NCBI GenBank assembly: GCA_964465135.1
Contig: CAYXHY010000001.1
Span: 1-43,805, forward strand
Direction: 5' to 3'
Length of the DNA stretch: 43,805 nt
Source: an uncultured Candidatus Saccharibacteria bacterium
Lineage (GTDB): Bacteria > Patescibacteriota > Saccharimonadia > Saccharimonadales > Saccharimonadaceae
Shown here piece after piece: positions 38,246-43,805 of this stretch. Position numbers and translations under genes: made by a program. The notes under the pieces are model-generated. The model was not told where the DNA came from and ran no database searches. It saw only the letters and a list, made by a program, of their open reading frames with translations. Position 1 is the stretch's first letter. Each line of letters opens with the position of its first letter.

Positions 38246-38305
38246 TCATTTTCCTTTTTTAATCTATTTTTATTTTATCACACCGCAACTAAAGTTTCAA
38301 ACCGC

Positions 38306-40093
38306 TTACGATTTTAGAGTACGGCTAACAACTTCGCGAGTAAAGAATTCTAACTTATCGCCAACTTCTAACTGAATTTTCTTCTGAGTTTTTAGTGAAA
38401 GACCACACATTTCACCCTCAATTACATCTTTAGCTTCTTGCTGCTGACGCTGAACTTTAGAAACTTCCACTTCAGCAATTTGTTCTTTTTTGCGAATCAC
38501 GCGAGTTATCAGACCAGGATAGATTTTACCTGAAGTCACCTCTCCACCGGCAATAATCTCTTCTTTCATTGTCCTAAATACACCTTTAACGTCAAGCGTA
38601 CCAACTTCAGTCTCAACCACCTCTGGAGCAAGTAGTTTCTCCATTTCGGCACGCACATCATCAATTAGTTCATAGATCACCTTAAAGATACGCACCTCTA
38701 CGCGGTCACGCACAGCAATTTTCTTAATAGCTGCTGGCAATTCAACATTGAAGCCGTAAATAATCGTATTTTCACCCGCAGCTGCCAAGCGCACATCATT
38801 TTCAGAAACATTACCAACGCTTGCCTTTACGATATGCAGATTAATTTCGCCATCAGTATCGATCAAGCGTAGGCTATCAGAAACAGAGGTTAAGGAACCT
38901 TGCACATCGGCTTTAATCAAAATATTCAAATCAGCCGCATCGTGCTGCTGATTCATCATCTTTAGCAAATCTGCGCCAGTTACATTGGCAGTCGCAGCGT
39001 TGCGTGCAGCCTCAGCTTTGGCATCTTGTGAGGCTTTGCGAGCCATCTTTTCATTTTTAACAATCTTAAATACGTCACCAAATTGCGGCAATTCTTTAAA
39101 GCCAGTTACAGTAACAGGAGTTGAAGGGCCGGCTTTTTTGATCACATCACCCTTAAAATCTAGCAATGTACGAATCTTGCCGTAAGTTGTACCAGCAATA
39201 ATAAAGTCACCAGTCTTAATTTCACCTTGTTCAACCAAAATCGATACCACTGAACCCTTACCGACTTCCATGTGCGATTCAATCACCAAACCTTCAGCCG
39301 CAACATCTGTATCAGCTTTTAGCTCTTCCATATCAGCGGTCAAAAGCACCATATCAAGCAACTTATCAATTCCCTCGCCAGTTTTAGCAGAAATCGGCAC
39401 CATAACTACATCTCCGCCCCAATCTTCAGGATTTAGACCCTTTTCGGCCAGCTCAGCCATCACGCGGTTTTTGTCGGCTGTGTCTTTATCCATCTTATTG
39501 ATCGCAACGACAATTTTCGCATTAGCATTTTGTGCAAATCGAATCGCTTCAACCGTTTGAGGCTTTACACCGTCATCCGCCGCAACAACAATCACAACCA
39601 CATCTGTAAGTGTGGCACCGTGTTGGCGCAGGGCTGCAAAAGCTTCATGACCTGGGGTATCAAGCAAAGTAATCACACGATCATTGCGCTCGGTCTGATA
39701 AGCTGAGATATGTTGAGTAATTCCACCAGCCTCAACATCAACTGTATGTTTACTTAAAATTGTATCAAGAAGTGTTGTTTTTCCGTGATCAACGTGACCC
39801 ATAACGGCAACAATCGGCGGACGAGGTTTGGCATCCTCCGACGATTGTCGGCGCGAATTAATACGACTCGTAACAGTGTCGCTCTTCGCCTTTTTCTTGA
39901 TTTCAACATCTTCTAGACCAAGCTCTTCTACGATAATTGTTGCCGTTTCAAAATCAATCCGTTGATTAACTGTAGCCACAATTCCGTTTTTGAAAAGCTC
40001 ACCAATTAGGCTTGTAACGGGCAAATTTAAAGCGCCAGCCAACTCATCAACAGTAATTGAATCCGTTATATTTACGATTTTTTTCTGCGCCAT
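38306..40093 (-). CDS. infB: Translation initiation factor IF-2 (short N-terminus)
   Basis: MGHVDHGKTTLLD, GGITQHI, DTPGHEAF, NKMD, KADVQGS. Confidence 0.98.
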   Translation of the reverse strand: MAQKKIVNITDSITVDELAGALNLPVTSLIGELFKNGIVATVNQRIDFETATIIVEELGLEDVEIKKKAKSDTVTSRINSRRQSSEDAKPRPPIVAVMGHVDHGKTTLLDTILSKHTVDVEAGGITQHISAYQTERNDRVITLLDTPGHEAFAALRQHGATLTDVVVIVVAADDGVKPQTVEAIRFAQNANAKIVVAINKMDKDTADKNRVMAELAEKGLNPEDWGGDVVMVPISAKTGEGIDKLLDMVLLTADMEELKADTDVAAEGLVIESHMEVGKGSVVSILVEQGEIKTGDFIIAGTTYGKIRTLLDFKGDVIKKAGPSTPVTVTGFKELPQFGDVFKIVKNEKMARKASQDAKAEAARNAATANVTGADLLKMMNQQHDAADLNILIKADVQGSLTSVSDSLRLIDTDGEINLHIVKASVGNVSENDVRLAAAGENTIIYGFNVELPAAIKKIAVRDRVEVRIFKVIYELIDDVRAEMEKLLAPEVVETEVGTLDVKGVFRTMKEEIIAGGEVTSGKIYPGLITRVIRKKEQIAEVEVSKVQRQQQEAKDVIEGEMCGLSLKTQKKIQLEVGDKLEFFTREVVSRTLKS

Positions 40094-40154
40094 TACAAAC
40101 CTCCTATTGGTTTAATTTTCGCGTTTTAGTCTTTCAAAAACACAAATTTTTATT

Positions 40155-41219
40155 TTATTTCACTAGACTTAGTGAAATTTTTCGACTGTCTTTGTCGATG
40201 TCGATTACGACAAATTCTTTTCGCTCATTTAGAGTGAATACATTTTCTGGGTCTGCATCATCACCTTTACCAAGTTCTGAAACGTGAACCAAAGCCTCAA
40301 CAGCTGGGCTGATCTGCACGAAAGCGCCAAATGGTGTAATTCGAGTTACAGTTCCCTCAACCTTACTACCTTTTTTGATTTTCTCAACTTGGCTCATCCA
40401 AGGATCTTCAGTAAGCTGTTTCATGCTTAGGCTTAGACGATCTTTATCAATTGAGATAATTTTCGCTTTAATAGTATCACCAACTTTTACGTAATCTTTA
40501 GGATTGTTTACACGTTCCCAAGAGATTTCTGAAATGTGAACTAGGCCTTCGATACCTTCAACGTTTACAAAAACGCCAAAGTCTACAACACCAGTTACAA
40601 TACCTTCAACCGCATCACCGATCTTCATGCTTTCAAAGCGTTCGTTTAGACCGTCTTTGATTGCTTCTTTTTCGCTGAAGATTAGCTTGTTTGCTTTTCG
40701 GTCGGCGTCCAAGATTCGAACACTGATTGGTTTGTTGATAAGCGCATTTAGGCGGCTCAAGATTTCATCTTTGTCGCTTGCGCCTACACGTGGGTAGTGT
40801 TCTGCTGAAAGTTGTGAAACCGGCAAGAATCCTCGCACACCTTCGTATTCAACTAGTAGACCACCACGGTTTGCATCGTATGGTGTAATTTCGATAATTT
40901 CACCGCTTTCAAGTTTAGCGATTACTTCCTCCCAACCACGATCTTTAGCGGCTTTGCGCAAAGATAGCAGCACCATTCCATTATCCATTTCAGTATCAAC
41001 GATACTTGCGGTAACTTCTTCACCCTCTGCTAGGCTTTTTGAAAACCCAGCTTCACGGCGTGGTACAAAACCAACACCTCTCGCACCAAGATCGATCAAA
41101 ATCTCGTGCTTCTTTACAGATAAAACAACACCCTCTACTGTTTCACCTTGATTGATTTGGTTGACGCTTTCTGGAGCGCCCGCCAACAATTCATCCATTG
41201 TTATTTTGGCATTTGCCAT
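40155..41219 (-). CDS. rpsA: 30S ribosomal protein S1 (four S1 domains)
   Basis: RGFLPVSQL, FGVFVNVEGIEGLVHISEISW, FGAFVQI...LVHVSEL. Confidence 0.93.
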   Translation of the reverse strand: MANAKITMDELLAGAPESVNQINQGETVEGVVLSVKKHEILIDLGARGVGFVPRREAGFSKSLAEGEEVTASIVDTEMDNGMVLLSLRKAAKDRGWEEVIAKLESGEIIEITPYDANRGGLLVEYEGVRGFLPVSQLSAEHYPRVGASDKDEILSRLNALINKPISVRILDADRKANKLIFSEKEAIKDGLNERFESMKIGDAVEGIVTGVVDFGVFVNVEGIEGLVHISEISWERVNNPKDYVKVGDTIKAKIISIDKDRLSLSMKQLTEDPWMSQVEKIKKGSKVEGTVTRITPFGAFVQISPAVEALVHVSELGKGDDADPENVFTLNERKEFVVIDIDKDSRKISLSLVK

Positions 41220-41333
41220 AAGTCTTTTAAGACTCCTTCCTTTGTTGTATTTCCTTAAACACAGCCAAATAGCTCTGCTTAGAGATTATTACAATTATAC
41301 ACTGTTTTAAGATTGAAATCAAGCATTCGGCGC

Positions 41334-41410
41334 TTAATTATTGCTAATGCAGTAGACTCCACCTGATTCTAGAACTACCGAAAAGCCGATGTTATCTATT
41401 CCCAAGCTAA
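41334..41410 (-). pseudogene. 3' remnant of a fifth pilin gene
   Basis: Reads SLGIDNIGFSVVLESGGVYCISNN-stop (TAA 41336-41334), matching the pilin C-terminal motif; no 5' part. Confidence 0.8.
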
Positions 41411-41425
41411 GCGAAGCTAAAACAG

Positions 41426-41935
41426 CTAGCCATCCAGACAATAAACCCCGCCGCCCTCCAACACAATTGAAAGCGAAAAACTATTAGAAGCACTGGAAAG
41501 TCTTATCTTATCGCCATCACATTTAGAGCCATAAAACACATACATGAAATAATTATAATCATCGCTAGCCACCGTTAACGGTTCTTCTAGATGCAGATCG
41601 TAATACCCAAACCAATACCGCAAACCAGACGGATCACGCCATTCACCATCGTCAGCACTCTCACTCTCGAGGCCCCTGTCATTTAATTTTAGATATCTAC
41701 CGGCCAAATCATAATTCAACCCTTGCCTATCACCATTAGGAAGGTGGCGGTTATTCGCATAACATTATTGAAACGCCGATAATACCTTCGCTAGATCTTG
41801 CTTGCTCTGACTATCACGCCGATTCCTTTGTAGTGCTGGCAACGCAATAAAAACCATTAGAAATATCAAGCCAGCGATTGCAAGCGCTAAAACTACTTCA
41901 ATAATTGTGAATCCAGATTTTCTATTTATAAGCAT
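41426..41935 (-). pseudogene. Type IV pilin-like gene C with in-frame TAA at 41767-41765
   Basis: MLINRKSG|FTIIEVVLALAIAGLIFLMVFIALPALQRNRRDSQSKQDLAKVLSAFQ-stop-CYANNRH... continues in frame into ORF 41426..41719 ending LEGGGVYCLDG. Confidence 0.88.
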
Positions 41936-41967
41936 AAGCTGATTTTATTAAAAAAAAGTCGAGTCAA
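41936..41967 (-). promoter_or_regulatory. Pilin C leaderless promoter, 14-bp spacer (T8 run)
   Basis: TTGACT 41967-41962; T8 41957-41950; TAAAAT 41947-41942; 6 nt to ATG. Confidence 0.7.
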
Positions 41968-41980
41968 GTAAAACGTTGAA

Positions 41981-42454
41981 TTATTTATTATCCAGACAAT
42001 AGTATCCACCACTCTCGAGCTTAATTTGAATAGCTGAAAAAGCATTATTTCCTGATGTATCAATCAGGTTTTCACCCTCACAGTGCGCGCCGGAGTTATA
42101 ATAAATCTCACCAATTTCGGGCGGACGAAGTTGCCAAAATCGTATAAATCTGTATTTTTCACCAGTCGAAGGATCGAGGAATTCCTCATCAGGTATCATA
42201 TATGAATCCCGGAGAATATTTAAGTCATTATAATATGTATAATCACGAATATATCTACCCCTGTTATTAGTTTTATAATTCTGTATCGCCGACATAACGC
42301 GAGACATATCATTTTTGCGCTGCGTATCACGCTGGCTTCTTTGTAAAGCAGGCAAAGCTACAAATATCATCAAGAAGATTAATCCTGCAATCGCTAAAAC
42401 CAGTATTACCTCTATGATCGTAAAAGCCATCTTATAGTTATTATGTTCATTCAT
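41981..42454 (-). CDS. Type IV pilin-like protein D
   Basis: A|FTIIEVILVLAIAGLIFLMIFVALPALQRSQRDTQRK; C-terminus LESGGYYC. Confidence 0.92.
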   Translation of the reverse strand: MNEHNNYKMAFTIIEVILVLAIAGLIFLMIFVALPALQRSQRDTQRKNDMSRVMSAIQNYKTNNRGRYIRDYTYYNDLNILRDSYMIPDEEFLDPSTGEKYRFIRFWQLRPPEIGEIYYNSGAHCEGENLIDTSGNNAFSAIQIKLESGGYYCLDNK

Positions 42455-42491
42455 AGAATAATCTTACTAAAAAAAAAAAATCTCACGTCAA
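42455..42491 (-). promoter_or_regulatory. Pilin D leaderless promoter, 19-bp spacer (T12 run)
   Basis: TTGACG 42491-42486; T12 42480-42469; TAAGAT 42466-42461; 6 nt to ATG. Confidence 0.75.
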
Positions 42492-42535
42492 GCTTTTTAT
42501 TTGCTAACTTCTCCAAAAAAAGTTAAAATAGAGTT

Positions 42536-43363
42536 ATGATAATTACAATCGATACTGGTGGAACAAAAACTTTAATTGCTGGGTTTTCTGAGCGCGGCAA
42601 AATTTTAGCAAAAACTAAATTTCCAACACCTAAACAGCCTAAAAAATACATTAAGGCTATCAGCGAGACCGTGAAGGATCTATTTGAGGAATATTTTGAC
42701 CAAGATCAGGTAGACGCCATATCTGTAGCAGCACCCGCCATAGTTGAAGACGGAGTGGTTATCTGGGCACAGAACTTGCGCTGGCGAAATTTTGACGTCA
42801 AATCGGAACTTCAAGCCGCATTCGGCAGAAAAATACCGATTTTTGTAGAAAATGATGCCAATTTAGCAGGTCTATCAGAGGCAAGATTCTTAGAAAAGCC
42901 AGAACATACGGTTTTGTATTTAACAGTTTCAACTGGAATTGGCGCTGGAATCATCTCTGAGAATAATATCAACCGCGGCCTTCGCAAGAGTGAAGCTGGT
43001 CGAATCATCGTAGAATATGATGGATCAATGCGTGAATGGGAGAGTTTTGCGAGTGGCAAAGCGATTTTTGAAACATATGGAATTTATACAAGAGATATCA
43101 CCAAACCTAAAATGTGGCTAAATATATCAGATCGAATTAGCCGCGGTCTTCTAGTGTTAATACCTGTTATTCAGCCTGATATTATCATTATTGGCGGCAG
43201 TGTCGGCTCTCAATTTGAGAAGTATGGGTTAATGCTCACCAACATCATCAAAGACCGCTTGCCCACAAACATACCTTGCCCGCGAATCACTAAAGCCCGA
43301 AACCCTGAGGAGGCCGTAATTTATGGCTGCTACGAATACGCCAAAGATCAGCTTGATAAATAA
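42536..43363 (+). CDS. ROK-family sugar kinase
   Basis: IDTGGTK, VENDANLAGL, LTVSTGIGAG, WESFASG. Confidence 0.9.
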   Translation: MIITIDTGGTKTLIAGFSERGKILAKTKFPTPKQPKKYIKAISETVKDLFEEYFDQDQVDAISVAAPAIVEDGVVIWAQNLRWRNFDVKSELQAAFGRKIPIFVENDANLAGLSEARFLEKPEHTVLYLTVSTGIGAGIISENNINRGLRKSEAGRIIVEYDGSMREWESFASGKAIFETYGIYTRDITKPKMWLNISDRISRGLLVLIPVIQPDIIIIGGSVGSQFEKYGLMLTNIIKDRLPTNIPCPRITKARNPEEAVIYGCYEYAKDQLDK

Positions 43364-43805
43364 ACTTCGGCATGATTTTCCCCAGTTTAAGTTTGAGCAA
43401 TCAGACAATTTCCACTGGTCACACGATAAAAATACTGTATTTTATCCCCCCGCACATAGTTCTGATGATAATACCTACGATTTATGTTTATTACACGAGC
43501 TTGCGCACGCTATTCTAGGGCACGCAGATTACACTTTGGATATTGACCTGCTTAAGATGGAGACGGCCGCCTGGGAGTTGGCCTCTAAAGAGCTGGGGAT
43601 AAAATATAGTATAGATATAGATGAAGATTTCATACAAGATAGCCTAGGCACTTATCGAGACTGGATGCACCGCAGAAGTTTATGCCCGAGCTGCAACATT
43701 AATGGTTACCAAAGGGCGGATCTAGGCTACCACTGCCCTTCTTGCGGTAAAATCTGGCAAGCAAATGAAGCTAAGTTCACTATGTTGCGCCGATACAATA
43801 AAAAA
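43323..43805 (+). CDS. HExxH metallopeptidase-like (ImmA/IrrE-type) protein with C-terminal C4 zinc ribbon; 3' end outside window
   Basis: Open frame MAATNTPKISLINKLRHDFPQF...LLHELAHAILGH...MET AAW...CPSC...CPSC to the window end; absent from the ORF track; start uncertain. Confidence 0.75.
   Translation, partial: MAATNTPKISLINKLRHDFPQFKFEQSDNFHWSHDKNTVFYPPAHSSDDNTYDLCLLHELAHAILGHADYTLDIDLLKMETAAWELASKELGIKYSIDIDEDFIQDSLGTYRDWMHRRSLCPSCNINGYQRADLGYHCPSCGKIWQANEAKFTMLRRYNKK

Noticed and set aside
40275-40292. parS-like sequence TGAAACGTGAACCA
   Set aside because: Several mismatches to TGTTTCACGTGAAACA, not palindromic, and explained by rpsA codons (LVHVS).
42501-42535. A7 run in the ROK promoter spacer as another phase-variable tract
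   Set aside because: Spacer is the canonical 17 bp, the run is A rather than T on the coding strand, and the gene is metabolic; short A runs are common in this AT-rich DNA.
1-43805. Stop-codon reassignment to explain in-frame stops at 42-44, 5875-5877 and 41765-41767
   Set aside because: TAG ends tsf, prfA and ftsZ, TAA ends many core genes, TGA ends the ArsC-family and glycosyltransferase genes; RF1 is intact and core genes translate fully in code 11.
1-43805. CRISPR array, IS element, integrase, prophage or DGR reverse transcriptase as a driver of pilin variation
   Set aside because: No repeat-spacer array, transposase, recombinase or RT motifs, and no near-identical template/variable repeat pair seen.

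Overview
A 43.8-kb chromosomal segment (genetic code 11) that looks like a small-genome Saccharibacteria (TM7, Patescibacteria) genome; the assignment is inferred from the DUF5663-like protein, the lineage-typical pilins and the compact gene set. The backbone is housekeeping: tsf-rpsB, L31 type B, ung, prfA, prmC, htrA-like protease, lepB, parAB, rplU, ileS, ftsA-ftsZ-nrdR, tRNA-Thr and tRNA-Tyr, adk-map, rpsU-yqeY, recJ, priA-def-fmt, rpsA-infB and a ROK kinase. Surface and orphan genes are interspersed. Main candidate system: four type IV pilin paralogues (one nonsense-broken) plus a fifth 3' remnant, with constant N- and C-termini and variable middles. All four share one leaderless promoter design (TTGAC[T/G] - spacer with a poly-T run - -10 box - 6 nt - ATG) with off-consensus spacers of 11, 14, 14 and 19 bp, whereas the non-pilin promoters measured here have 17 bp. 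This suggests slipped-strand phase variation of a pilin repertoire. A ~50-nt promoter-plus-terminator small RNA unit lies between two of the pilins. Other highlights: an Actinobacteria-type ultrashort-Stem-I Ile T-box with an unusual expression platform, a Cys-free NrdR, a shared promoter class ahead of four orphan genes, two surface proteins with a split IPT/TIG-like frame, and a Streptococcus CpoA-like glycosyltransferase. All calls come from reading the sequence; no searches were run.
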